This document shows, in pieces, positions 43,404 to 55,820 of a stretch of DNA of 64,000 nucleotides. The stretch is from Phaeosaccion multiseriatum (lineage: Eukaryota; Protista; Ochrophyta, other classes). How positions within the stretch are numbered: position 1 is the first letter of the stretch; every line of letters begins with the position of its first letter. The DNA lies in NCBI GenBank assembly GCA_965112735.1, contig OZ218952.1:620001-684000 (forward strand), read 5' to 3'. Both the position numbers and the translations under genes were made by a program. Below the pieces are notes generated by a model. That model did not search any database. It was given only the letters and a program-made list of their open reading frames with translations, and was not told where the DNA came from.

Positions 43404-46400
43404 TTAGATACTCTTGGGCCCCTTCTTGGCTCTGTTGATGGTCTTGATGATGCCCCTTGCCCCCTTGCGCTTCTTGTCCACGCGGGCCTCAAAGGTCCTT
43501 CGATGCTGTTTGCACTCGGCTCCACTCGACACGTCCACCAGCGCCGCCACGTACTCCGCCTTGAGCTCGGTCCCGGCAAGGGCTCTGTGAGTTGCCCGGC
43601 TTGCCTGGCACATCCACTCCAGCTCGTACTCGCTGCGTCGGTAGTGATCGGGCGACTGGTTCGTCGGGTCGACAGGCACCCAGTCCACTTCCTCGTGCAT
43701 GTGCTCGAATGCAAAGGCACTCAAGGCACTGAGCGTGCTGAAGAGCGTCTCCTCCGTGGGGCAGGCCTTCTCGGTGGTGTGGGCGCGTGCGTGCGCGCTT
43801 CCGCTCTCCCCCTCCTGCGTCCTGTAGCAGGCCAGCACTTTGCTCAAAAAGAGCGCGGGACAGGTGCTTTGCCGAGTGCCCATAAAGGTCGCAAAAGGCT
43901 GACCATGCTCGGCCTCCAGGTGCTCACGCAACCCCGAGAAGGCCGCCTTGGGCAGCAGACGGACAGGGAAGACTGCAAAGTCAACCTCCTGCGGCGAGCC
44001 CAGAGATGCAGTCATACCCGCTTGCCAGCACGCCTTCTGCTTCGCCTCAAGCCCCTGACGGGTGAAGGAGCGGTAGGGTATCATGGGCTTCTCAAAGCGG
44101 AAGAGGTTGCTGTACACCACATCCTCCACGAGCACCACGTCAGGCTCCATGATCAGAACGTAGGCACTCTCCTCCGAAGTGTGCAGGTCCGCTCGCGCGA
44201 GCATGTACTCCCTCTGGACGGAGGCGTCGCTGCTCACCGTCTCCGCGTCCTCGTCGACCACCAGCCGCACGGGGAAGGGCGCGAGGGGGAGGGACTTGTC
44301 CAGCAAGTCCTGCACGCGATCACCATCGGCCGCCTGGACCAGCACGACCAGCTCCCTCGCGAAGGGCATGTGCACAAAGAGAGACTCCATGCCCGTCTCC
44401 AGCAAGGTCAGGTCCTCGTCGGAGCGGAGCTGAATGACCACACTAATGGCGAAGGCCGGGGCGGTAACGTCGGGCATATTCACGCCCCAATCGTCGCAGA
44501 ACTCCACGTCAGTCTTCCAGGGCACGTCGCCGTCAATCGCCTCATCTTCCAGCTTCAGCAGCCACCCGTTCTCGCAGTGGCGCTGTCCCAGAGCCACCTT
44601 GGCTAGCTCGGGGGCGATGGCGTGCGTCCTGGCGAGCTGCAAGTCTGCACGGCATGTGAAGGGGGGTCGATTCGGTGGAATGTCGCCCACAAGCACGTTG
44701 GCTACCATGACATTGTCTTGCATCCACACCTCCGGGTTCACGAAGCGGATCTCCCCTCGGTCCATGGTGAAGGAGGAGGAGGAGGAGGCGGCGGTGGCAT
44801 CCGTCGTGCTTCCGAGGAAGGAGTGCTCGGTGATGGAGGGGCGCGAGAAGGCGAACTGCGCGAGCAGCTGCACAGTGACAATCTCGTAGTCGAAGAGCAG
44901 GGCCTTGAGGTCGTCGCCAATGCCGTCCAGAAGGTCCTTGTCAATGGGGGTGAAGCTCTCCTCCGTCTGCAGCCTCCGTGCCATCAGGACTTCGTTGGAC
45001 CCCGCCTTGAGGATGAGCTGGCGCACTGGGTGGTTGAGGGAGGCCGGCAGCATAATCTCCATGCCATCTCCACCAAACACCTGCCCCGAGAAGCCCAGGA
45101 GCTCTTGGGTCACGAGCATGGTTCCTTCGAGACCGTCCTCGTCGCCCGCATCACTTCCTCTCTTGTAGGAGGCAAAGTCCAACAGCAAGTTGCCCTCCAC
45201 ATCATAGAAGTCCTTGCGCAGTGGAGGACGCACCAGCACGGTACCCGTGGTGAGGTAATAGATGAGGTCCGTTGTCTCGTCGGTGGCAGCTCCTTCTGCT
45301 TCTCCTCCTGCGCAGTACTCGTCGGCCCACAGAGCGGACAGGTCGGGGAGAGAGCTGTTGTGTACCTCCACAAAGCCTCCAAACTCCGTCCCCAGCGTGC
45401 GGTTATAGAGGAAGAAGTGGTGCGGGTGCACGGCCACCACCATCTTTTCCACGCTGGGCCAGTGGCGTACGACCGACTTGACGGACTCCCTCACCTCCTC
45501 AAAGAACGCTCCGTAGCCCGCCATGAAGATACACGTTCCCTTCCCGGAAAGGTCGTCGTCCAGCGTCGTGGTTTTCACAGACTGCTCCGGGTCAGGACTC
45601 GCATTGGTACTACCCGTAACCGTCAACTGCTGACTGGAGGAAGCGTTGATCTTGTTGGTCGCCGCTATGGCAGCCTTGGCAGCGAGGCGGCGCTTTCGCT
45701 CCTTCACCGCGGGGATGGTGGCGTACGCGGCTCGACGGTACACGTCCCCAGTGATCGGGGCCGGGGTGGGGGCTAACGTGTCGTCGTCACAAATGACCGC
45801 TCCACCCCTGTACTTGCCCTTGTACTTTTCCTCGTCGGCCTTGGCTTCTTCTTCGGACGCGTAGCACTTGCGGCAGATGCCTCCGTCGTCGGAATCTGAA
45901 GGGGGGACATGATGGACGGCGTCGGGGGGGAGGGGGGGGGGGGGTTGGGGTGTGGAGTGGAGAAAGAAAAGGTTTAGTTTCAGCGCGAGCTAAGCCCCCC
46001 CCCCCCGTCTGTGCGCTTGCTGCGCACACACTTCACAACTCGCCCATTGCCTAGTCATTGAGTCATGGTCACACCAAGCGCGAATATATGCAAACTTGCA
46101 AGCGAGGGGGCGAGGAAGGCCTTGGATTGATTCCTTTACTTCTCTTACCTGGTTTCGGAGGTGTGACGGGGTGTGGCGGAGGTGTAACGGGGGGTGGCGA
46201 GAAGTCGCAGTCGAGGAAGTTGTCGTATCCACAGTAGCGGCAGCCGGAGTTGTAGATGCAGCCCAGGCCTCCCTTCACCAAGCAGGTATCGTCGTGGACG
46301 CACGTGATGTCTTCGTACACCCACTCGTAGTCGTCGTCGGAAGCGTCGTTCTTTGTACCCGTCAACTCCCTCCGGCTGGCACCCGACTTCTTAATCTTGT

Positions 46401-49400
46401 ACTTCCTCTTCTGTCCACATGAGGCGATGGCTTCGCACTCGGCGTCAGACGTGGGGGGGGCATCTGAATGATTGAGAGCGGAAGCAAAGAGGAGCACAAG
46501 TTCACAAATAAGAGGGGGGGGGGGACGAAAGAAAGGAGCCGTTGCGGAGTCGCGAAAAGAAGCAACAACGAAAAAGCGCGCTGGCTGAGAGGGAGGAACA
46601 AAAGGCAAGGTACTGCATCACACAGCTGCAAGTCACCGCACCTGGCTCTTGCGTCGCGGGCCTTGGAGTGGGCCTTGGAGCACGAGTCGGAGTCGGAGTC
46701 GGAGTCGGGGTCGGAGTCGGAGTCGGAGAAGGAGGATGAGTAGGCCTTGGAGGATGAGTAGGCCTTGGAGCCGGAGCCGGCTTGGTAGTCGGACCGGGCT
46801 CGTTGAAGTCTTCACAGTCGAGGAAGTTGTCGTAACCGCAGTAGCGGCAGTTGGTGTCGTAAATACAGCCCAGGCCTCCCTTCACCGAGCAGGTATCGTC
46901 GTGGACGCACTTGATGTCTTCGTACACCCACTCGTAGTCGTCGTCGGAAGCGTCTTCCCTTGTGCCCGGCAGCTTCCTCCCACCCGTCGTCTCCTTCTTC
47001 TTCTTGTACTTCCTCTTCTGTCCACACGAGGCGACGCCCTCGCACTCGGAGTTAGACGTGGTGGGGGTGGGGGCATCTGAGCGATTGAGAGAGAGGGACA
47101 GAGAGAGGGGACAGAGGAAGGAGCGTAGCAATGGTTGAGTGGCAGAGAGAACGCGGGGGGGGGGGGAGGCAGGGGCGGCACGGGAGAAGCAAATGAGCCG
47201 TTGAGAAATAGAACAAAATGAGAAGAGGAAGAAGAGGAGTGCCACAAAGGCAAGGATTGACACAGCTGCAAGTCACCGCACCTGGCTCTTGCGTCGCGGG
47301 CCTCGGAGTGGACCTTGGAGCACGAGTCGGAGTCGGAGTCGGAGTCGGAGAAGGAGGAGGAGTAGGCCTTGGAGGATGAGTAGGCCTTGGAGCCGGAGCC
47401 GGCTTGGTAGTCGGACCGGGCTCGTTGAAGTCTTCACAGTCGAGGAAGTTGTCGTACCCGCAGTAGCGGCAGTTGGTGTCGTAAATACAGCCCAGGCCTC
47501 CCTTCACCGAGCAGGTATCGTCGTGGACGCACTTGATGTCTTCGTACACCCACTCGTAGTCGTCGTCGGAAGCGTCTTCCCTTGTGCCCGGCAGCTTCCT
47601 CCCACCCGTCGTCTCCTTCTTCTTCTTGTACTTTCTCGTCTTTCCACACGAGGCGACGCCCTCGCACTCGGAGTTAGACGTGGTGGGGGTGGGGGCATCT
47701 GAGCGATTGAGAGAGAGGGACAGAGAGAAGGGACAGAGGAAGGAGCGTAACAATGGTTGAGTGGCAGAGAGAGAACGCGGGGGGGGGGGGAGGCAGGGGC
47801 GGCACGGGAGAAGCAAATGAGCCGTTGAGAAAAAGAACAAAAAGAGAAGAGGAAGAAGAGGAGGGGACAAAGGCAAGGCTTCAAAAGAGCTGCAAGTCAC
47901 CGCACCTGGCTCTTGCGTGGCCCTCGGCGTGGGCGTTGGAGAAGTCTTGGGCCGGGGGCCAAGCATGACGTTACAATCAAGAAACTGGTCGTAACCGCAG
48001 TATCTGCAGTCCGAGCTGCTCTCGACGCAGCCCTCTTGCTCACTGGTCGCGCAAGAAGGGTCTCGAGTGCAGGGCTGCTGCGTGGTGCAGGCCCCAGTCC
48101 CCAAGCAGGATGAGTCCGCTCCGTCTTTCCGCGAAGGGGCGCGAGGCAAGGTTGGGAGAAGCTCATCGCAGTCCGCAAACGGTCCGAATGCGCAGTAGCG
48201 ACACTCCGAATCCTTTGAAATGCAGCCGAGCCCCTGCTGAGGCAGCAGGCAAGTCGGGTCGACTGTGCAAAAGTTCCTGCCATTGCCGCACGACTCGAAA
48301 CCGTCGCATGCGGGCGCCTCCCCATCCAGTCTGTCCTCGCTACTTCCGCTGCTCCTACTGGCGCTAGCAGGGAGACGTCTCCTGCTCTCGCCCAGCTCGC
48401 CGAAGCCTTGACTGAAGCAGCCCAGAGGCACGAGACCGCTTCCGTCGGCAACGCAGGCAGGGTCGCAGAAGCTCTTGGCGTTCCCATGGCAATCGCTCGC
48501 TTCGCACTGGGCCTTGCGCGTAGAGGTGAGAATCCGTCGTTGGTAGAGAGAGGAAGACGGTGGTGAAGCCTGCAGGCTAGGGGAGGAGGATTGGGGTATG
48601 TCCTTCGCACCCTGCTGCTGCTGCTGCTCCAGTTGGTCGTCGCAGGACACCGGCAGGGGCGGCTCCAACGTGTCACAGAGGATGGGAATGACGCGGGGAG
48701 AGTGGTACTGCATGAGCTGCTGCACCTCCTCAACATCTTGGAAACAAGGCCGGCACGTGTCTCCGTGCTCCCTAAAGCCACAGGACAAGGCACCACTGCT
48801 GCTGCCGCCGCCGCCGTGACAACGCGCATCACAGACTGAGCTCTCCTCCATAAGACAGCGCGAGTCGCAATCGTCCGGGGAAGGCGGCATCTTGGTGTCA
48901 CACATGATGACGTGGGGGTTCATGACGCACGAGTCCGGAGGGTTGTCGGTGTGTGTCAGCGTGGCGGCTCGCTCGGCTTCCCGCGCGAGAGTCAAGTCGG
49001 TGTAGCACGCTCTGCAGAGCCCGACGCCGTCCGAGGAGGCGGTGGAGGCGCAGGAAAAGCCGTTCCAGCGCTGCCCAGGGCCAGCTGCGCAGGTGGCGTC
49101 GAAGACGTAGGACATGCCGGCTGCTGAGCTGGTGCTGGCGAGCCTGACGCAGTGGGCGTCTTGTTGGGGAAGACCCTCCTGTCGGGCGTTAACGATTTCG
49201 ACGCCAGTGGTCAGGAAACGAGCGTGCTTCTGGGCCCCGCCGCTCTTCGTGGAGGCGTGTACGATGTGCGTGCCACTCTGGGGCAGCAGCAGCAGCAGCA
49301 GGAGCAGCAGAGTAGGGAGAGCAGAACAAAAAAAAAGCAAAAAAAAAGCAAGGCATAGCAGCAGAGCAGAGAAGAGGGGGGGGGGGAGGAGGGGTTAGGG

Positions 49401-50924
49401 TGGGGGGCAAAATGAAAAGCAAGACTGAGGCTCTCAACAGGCATTTGTGTTTCACGTGCCTTGCTTGCCTGACAGGGAGAGCGAGCGAGGGGGGACACAG
49501 GGTGGAGCATTGAAGAAAGGGCTGAAAGGACTGCAACTCACCGCTCCGGTAATCTCGGAGGACCCGCCCCCCAGGCCTCTGTTTGCTCTGCTGGCGATGT
49601 CGAGAAAGCCCAGGTTTACGAACAAGTTAGTGTGCACAAACTTGTGGGCAAAGTGCTGGTAGACGGGCCACGCATAGGGGAAATCGGACAGCGTCTTCCA
49701 CAGCGCCACGTCGTACGGGTTGGTCTCAATGGCGGGCGGGAAGCGCTCCTTCGTGTACTTGACGTAGTCCACAAAGACGGGGTCGGCGAGGTTGTAGAGG
49801 GCGTTGCCGTTCATGTGGCCGACGATGGACCAGGCGGAGGCCTCGTGAACCGTTCTAGTGAAGCTGTTGCCTTGGTGGGCTCCTCCCTTGACCCAGAACT
49901 CTTCCCCGGGCCGGGCGCCTTCCTCCCACAGCTTGGTGAGAGCAGCGCCGGAGGTGAAGCTATTGTCCCACTCCACCAGGGCCATCCGTGCTACCATGGA
50001 CGAAGGGGGGCAGCAGGAGGGGCAGAGAGGCAGAGGGGCAGACAGGCAGGCACGGAAGGGGATTAGACGAGAACAGGGGGTGTGAGGTGCCAAGGGAGGG
50101 GATAGGGCGAGGAAAGATGAGCAGGAGGTCGTCAACAGCACAGTGAGTGGTGAGAGAAGGGGCGGGGGAATCCGAGGAGGCGACGGTCATTGAAGTACTA
50201 ATGAGGGACGGGCAGGGGTGGTGGGGAGGAGGTCTCTGGTGGGGAGCGAGGAGGTAGAGACTCCCTCCGGCCGAGCGAGAAGAGCAAGGTCGATGGGAAC
50301 TTTGTGGGCAACGGCAGCACTGGGAGCGTGGCCGGCCAATAGCCCGTAAGGGGCCCATCACCCATCTTCCTCTCCTCTCCTTCTTTTCTTGACCTGCTTG
50401 CACTTACAGTATGCCGCGAACTGCTGCCGAACGCGCCCGTCCAGAAAGACCTTATAGAACTGATGAGAAGGCCCCTGTGGGTACCCATCCTCCTCGGGAG
50501 TGAGATGCGCATACGCCAGCTTGACGTCACGGAAGCATGCCCGCACGGAAGCCGGTACCGCCCTCAAGACGCTCTCTGTCACGCCACCCGGCTCGTTGGC
50601 ATAGTAGAGAACCAAGTCCAGCCTCTCAACGGGCGGCCCTGTCTCAGTGCAGTCAAGTGTCCATGACCCGTCTTGGAGGGCCCTTTTCAGCTGGGGGGCG
50701 TCTCCGGCCCAAAAGGGGGAGACGAAGGCCATGGAGCGGTGTGACGACTCATCCTTCCCTCTCAGCTGCTGACTACTGCTGCCGGGCCTTTCTTCACAGC
50801 CCCCCTGCCAGCGAAGCCAACCCTTCTTCTCCCTACCAGTGAGGCCCAGTAGCAGCAGCGCCACCAGGGGCCCGGCGAGAAGCACTCCGGCAAGGAAACG
50901 GGACCTGTCTTTTTTCATGTTCAT
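43404..50924 (-). CDS. ~1998-aa type-II membrane multi-domain protein: putative glycosyltransferase domain, ~8 Cys-rich modules with Pro/Thr linkers, two GT-A-like domains
   Basis: Exons 50924-50408, 49990-49542, 49277-47906, 47698-47282, 47076-46642, 46463-46149 and 45895-43404; all GT-AG and phase-compatible, 5997 nt in total. N-terminal TM; motifs GYPQGP, ALVEWD, FWVKG, HMNGNALY, PYDV, THIVH; repeats D..C...GGLGC.....CRYCG...F.DC; C-terminal LWADEY and ARADLH...YVLIMEPDVV. Confidence 0.8.
46149..47906 (-). repeat. Tandem intron+exon duplication, 3 units of ~500-640 bp
   Basis: Units 47282-47905 and 46642-47281 are nearly identical including the intron; the third unit (46149-46641) is more diverged. 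Confidence 0.93.
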
Positions 50925-52291
50925 CCCTCCTGCGGGCTGCTGCCTGTTTGCGAGGTTGGCTGCAGCAGCAGCAGTAGTAGCAGCAGCAGCAGCTGGACTG
51001 CTCCTGTAAAGCCCCCTCCACCCCCCCCTTCTCTCCCTGTTCCTCTCCTCCTCCAGCGCTCCTCGCTCTTCAACCTCGTTACACCGAACGAATCCCTTTT
51101 CCTCCGAGTGCCTCTCCTTCCCTCTCCCTTCCTCTCTGGCTGGCGCAATCTCTACCTCTCCTACGTCTTCTCCTCAGTAGCGGACGGGGAACGTGATCAT
51201 CCCTGTCTTGCCATCTCTACGATAGCCTTGTCGACAAAGCGGCATCAGAGTTGGACCAAAAAGCTTCGTCCACACTCGTACTCGGGCCCAAAATTTTCCC
51301 GCGTCCGGGAAACTCGGCATTCTGGTGTAACTGGAATTTTTGTCACTGCACACTATGGGGACAATATGAGAGGTGAGCGTTGCGGAGCGACCGATTGAGC
51401 CGATTTCAGAGCCTTTGAAAGCCCGAAGTATTGGCCTCAGGTCCCTCAGGGCCACGGGCCAGGACCGTTGTGCTCTTACCGCATTCCAGGATTCTGGGAT
51501 GAGGGTTTGAAAGTTTCCCCCAATGTTTGTTTGCTGAGAGAGCTTAAGTGCACAACTGATGTTGCAGCGAGGAATTCTCGCACAATCACAAACCTTTCAA
51601 GGACGTAGGCAAGGTAAGGAGAGGGAAGGGGCGCAAGAAGAGGAGGCTGAGGCTGAGGAGGAGGAGGGGGAGGAAAGGGTCCGAGAAAGTGGAGGGAAGT
51701 GGGGGTGGCGAGGGAGGAGGGGGGGTTGAGAGCCGCTGTTCTACTCCGCTGGTGCCTTGTTCCGTGCGTGTTCTAAGAGCGGGACCTCCGACACTTCAAG
51801 GAAGCAGATTTTTCAATCCTCTGCGAAACTTTCACTGAATTAATTAATTGCGTTGTTGCTTCTTTGTTTCCGCCGCTGCGGCCGCCGCCGCTGGCTCGTT
51901 CGTTCACAAACACAAACGCACCCTTCACACCAGACCAAACAAACAGGTGAGAGAGAAGGATGGGGCGCGAGCACCATCAGCAGAGGAGGAGACTAAGGAC
52001 AACGAGGAGGGGGAGGGGATGAGGAAGTGGAGCAAGTCAAGTGGGAGCGGTGTGGACCCTGCCTCGTCCACATGTTGTTGAAGCTTGCATCTCTTCCCCC
52101 CGCATTCCCTCAGCTTCTGATGCCCTTTTTTGTACACTTCTCCTCCCTTTTCTCTTCATCCTCCTCTTTCCCTCCGCCCTTCTCCTCCTCTCCTCCTCCG
52201 CCTCCTCCTCTCATCCTCCTCCTCCACGACTCCCCCCCCCTCTCGCTTTCTGGTGTGGTCCGCGGCATGCCTCAACCTGCCAGTCAATAGG

Positions 52292-54767
52292 ATGAGAACC
52301 GCCGTCGCCGCTCTGCTCCTCGCGGGCCTCGTCAGCCCGGGGATGGGAGCTCCGGCGGAAACGTGCATCCAGCAAAAAGATTGCTCGAGCTTCGCTTCCA
52401 ACATCGTGTCGGACATATCAGGCATCGCATGCTACCTGGATGATCCCGCCCCCCCGACTTGTGTGGTCGAAGTGTGCTTGACCACTGGGCCGAGCAGCGA
52501 GTTTCCGTATTGCGTCAAATCAGGTGCAGGCTTGTCCCACACCTGCTCCAACAGCGACGGAGACATGTGCCCTCTCTCCACCACCACCCCCTACTTTGAT
52601 TTTTCGGACAGTGTCGAGGACAACAATCCCAACTACATTGAGTACGAGACTGGAGGTGATCAAGTTGTAACGCTCTGTCAGGTACGTAAGGGAAGCCCAA
52701 AGGGGGGGGAGGCCCTTCCTGGTGTGACTCGGTGAAGCAGGCACCCCCCCAAAAGGTGACAAGCTCCGAGGTCTTGCTCTGCTGCCCCAAACTACCAACC
52801 TACCTCCTCATCAAACCCAACAATAATCCGCTCCGCACACCTGCTGCGCTTGTTGCCTCGCTCCTTTCAACTCGCTTGCTCGGCCGGCGCGGTGGCGTGG
52901 CGTCCCCTCCGCACCACTCTTGTCCCCTCCCTCCCTTTTGTCTCTGTGGATGACAGTACGGAACGCCCGGTCAGCAGCTGGTATTTTCCGTGAAGGACGG
53001 AAATGCCGCCAACCTTCATCCTGCTGGTTGCGGGAGTTTTTCAGACCCGGATCTGCCTTACTCATGCGGGACAGCATTGTCCGGTGAATTCTGTGGAGGA
53101 GGAAACGGACAAGCTAACAAGGAATGTCTGTGGACCTATATGGTGCCTGAGATCGGTAAGTAGAGGCGTGAGGCGAGGATTCACCCCGGGTAGCCGGCCG
53201 CAGTGTTAGTAGCTGACCTCTTTTGCCGGGACTCGGCTCGCTGCGGCCCCACTCTCCCTGTCATTCCTATCCCATCTCACGCAACATCCCTCATCCTTCC
53301 GTGCCTTGCTCACTCGCTTGTGCTGTGTCCCCCTTCTCAGCGTGCGACGACATCGGGGGCGGCAACGACCCCCTCATCATGGGCCTCAAGGGCCAAGTGT
53401 TCAAGTTCGAGGGGAGGCACGAAGCCTGGTACTCTGTCCTGGCCACCGACCAGGTGCAGTGGAACTGGAAACTGTCCAAGTTCGACACGTGCCCGGACAA
53501 CGAGGTGGGTGAGCGATGGCTGGAGCCGGGGGCAGGGGCTGCGGCGGGATGAAGGGGAAGGAAAGCGACTCACACGGGATAGGGGGGGATAGGGAATGGA
53601 CTGGGGTGCGCTCTCACGCAGTGTGCGTGTGGCTGAGGAAGCCAGGGAGGGAGAGGCGACACACCTGTGGCTCGCTCAGCCACCCACCCACCCACTCAAA
53701 TCTCCGTGCGATCCTCTTGCCCCCCTTTCTCTCTCTCTCTCCCTGTCTCCTCCCTACTCGTCCCTCTCTCCCTCTCTCTCTCAGAACATCTTCGTCACGG
53801 CCATTGCGCTCACGTTCTTCGATGACGACGGTGCTGTCGAGCACACGATTGAGGTGGCCGTTCCCAACGTCGACGACTTCTTCCCGGGCTGCCCCGCCGG
53901 CAACGAGGCTTGCCTGGGCGATGGCTCCCTCAAGGTGACCGTCAATGGCGTCGAGAGCACTTCTCCCGATGCCTTTTACTTGGATGGCGCCTCCGAGACC
54001 ATCGGCACAGTGCTTGTCCACAACACGCACGCGCCCTGCTCTCGCAAGTGGTTCGATTTCGAGGTTACTCCCGGACGTACCGCGCCGCGCAGGAGGCTCA
54101 TGGACGACGAGGTCATTGACTACATCTTCTCCGGCAAGAAGCACATGATCGACCCGGAGGAGTGCGAGTCCTGGCTGGCGGAGAGGCGTCTTCACGGCGA
54201 CCTGTTCGAGCAGGATGGCGCGTGGACCACCATCCACGTCACGCACCCCCTCCTCGACATGCAAATGGAGTACCGCCAGGACGGCGAGCGTTGCAACTCG
54301 CACCTGCTCGACACGTGGTTCACCAGGATCAGGTAAGCTTGTCGTGTGGTACATTTTTTTTTTTTTTATTACGTTGGACGTCATGGGCTTTCACAGTTTC
54401 GGCTGGAGGGATGGCAGTCAAAGAAGTTTTTTTTTCCTGTCGTACCCTCGGAACTAGGGGGGTCCTGTTCTTCGGGCCTGTCTCCATTCGGAACTAGGGG
54501 GTCTTGTTCTTGTGCCTCCATTTCACGCCTTGCTTGCTTGTTTTCAGCACACTCAAAGACACTTGGTTTTTATGGCTCTTCTTCCTCAGTGAGGAGCTCT
54601 ACACCGCGGACATGGAGGGCATTCTTGGCGAGACCAAGACGGCCGTGTACGATGCCGACGGCGCCGTGGTGAAGGGCGACCGTGCGCTGCTTCTCAAGGG
54701 GAAGCTGGACAGCGACTACGAGGTGGATGGGCCCTTCGGTACCCACTTCAAGGCCAGGGGCATGTAA
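52292..54767 (+). CDS. Secreted Cys-rich protein with VWD/root-cap-like domain, ~492 aa
   Basis: Exons 52292-52681, 52957-53155, 53341-53504, 53785-54332 and 54590-54767 join in phase. Signal peptide MRTAVAALLLAGLVSPGMG; GNDPLIMGLKGQVFKFEG..WY; MEGILGET; DYEVDGPF. Probable 5' UTR intron at 51947-52290. Confidence 0.75.
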
Positions 54768-55369
54768 GGGGTGTTTTTTTTCATTCTTTTTACCTCTCTG
54801 AAAAATGGTTGATACATTCGTTGCTTGTTGACGCTGGCCTTGTTGTGCGGGTGAGAGTATTTGATCATCTCGTTAGGATAGTTTACGTAGTATTTCTCAG
54901 AAGATTACGTACCAACAAAATGAGAGAGCGGGTGGGAGTAAAGTAGAGGTGGGGGGATGTGGGGTACCGTTGTAGCGCTGTATAGTTTGAGTTACAAAAA
55001 AATAAGAAAGATCTTAGGAATAGAACTTACCGGTCGGGTTGAGTTGCCAAGTGGGGGAGGTCAAGAGGCAGACATGCTCCTGCTCGCGTAGAGACGCAGC
55101 AGTGCGAAAAATGTACAAATAATTGAGAGAATATAATATTTCAATTAAAGCAGAGGGCCTTTTACGTTCATGGAACATTGCTACTACCGCACCCTCTCCT
55201 TCCTCTGTCGTTGCCCAAGGCCCTCTCTAAGGGAGGGGGGGATGGAGGGAGGGAGAGGGAGGGGGAGGGAGGGAGGGAGGGAGGGAGGGAGGGAGGGAGG
55301 GAGGGAGGATCGAGTGGAATAGAAGTTAATCCAGCCAATAGAAGTTCTCACTGCCATTGTGGCTAAAAG

Positions 55370-55622
55370 TCGACCCCTGACACACTATCGCCCACATTCT
55401 CGATAGCGGGGGGGGCCGATAGCGCGGCCGATAGCGGATAGCGTGCCGGCTGGCGCCGGCCGATAGCGGATAGCGCGCCGGCTGGCGCCGGCCGATAGCG
55501 GATAGCGTGCCGGCTGGCGCCGGCCCATAGCAGATAGCGCGCCGGCTGGCGCCGGCCGATAGCGGATAGCGCGCCGGCTGGCGCCGGCGATAGCGGATAG
55601 CGGATAGTGTGTCAGGGGTCGA
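55370..55622. mobile_element. MITE, 253 bp, TCGACCCCTGAC termini, perfect 6-bp TSD, internal 32-bp tandem repeat
   Basis: Perfect 20-bp TIR TCGACCCCTGACACACTATC / GATAGTGTGTCAGGGGTCGA; TAAAAG at 55364-55369 and 55623-55628; five copies of CCGATAGCGGATAGCGYGCCGGCTGGCGCCGG at 55428-55587. Confidence 0.95.
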
Positions 55623-55820
55623 TAAAAGGGAGGGGGAGGTGTAAGGGAGGTGGGGAACCCAAATTTCACCGGTTTCCGAGACGCGACTTTCCTTAACCCT
55701 CCTCTTTCAACTCTCTCTCTCCGCCTTTTCTCTTCTCAAGGGCACGCAGAGACGAAAGAGGGGAGCAAGTGAAATAAGGAGAAGTAGCAGTGGCAACAGC
55801 GTAGGGTGGTTTCGGCAAAG

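Noticed and set aside
47052-49340. 762-aa ORF as a stand-alone secreted protein with a poly-Leu signal peptide
   Set aside because: The apparent signal peptide is a translated (CTG)n intron end before the acceptor at 49278; the ORF has no ATG at its start and reads through introns.
55428-55587. 32-bp repeats as CRISPR or coding repeats
   Set aside because: No spacers, and the repeats are enclosed by TIRs and a TSD, so they are the interior of a MITE.
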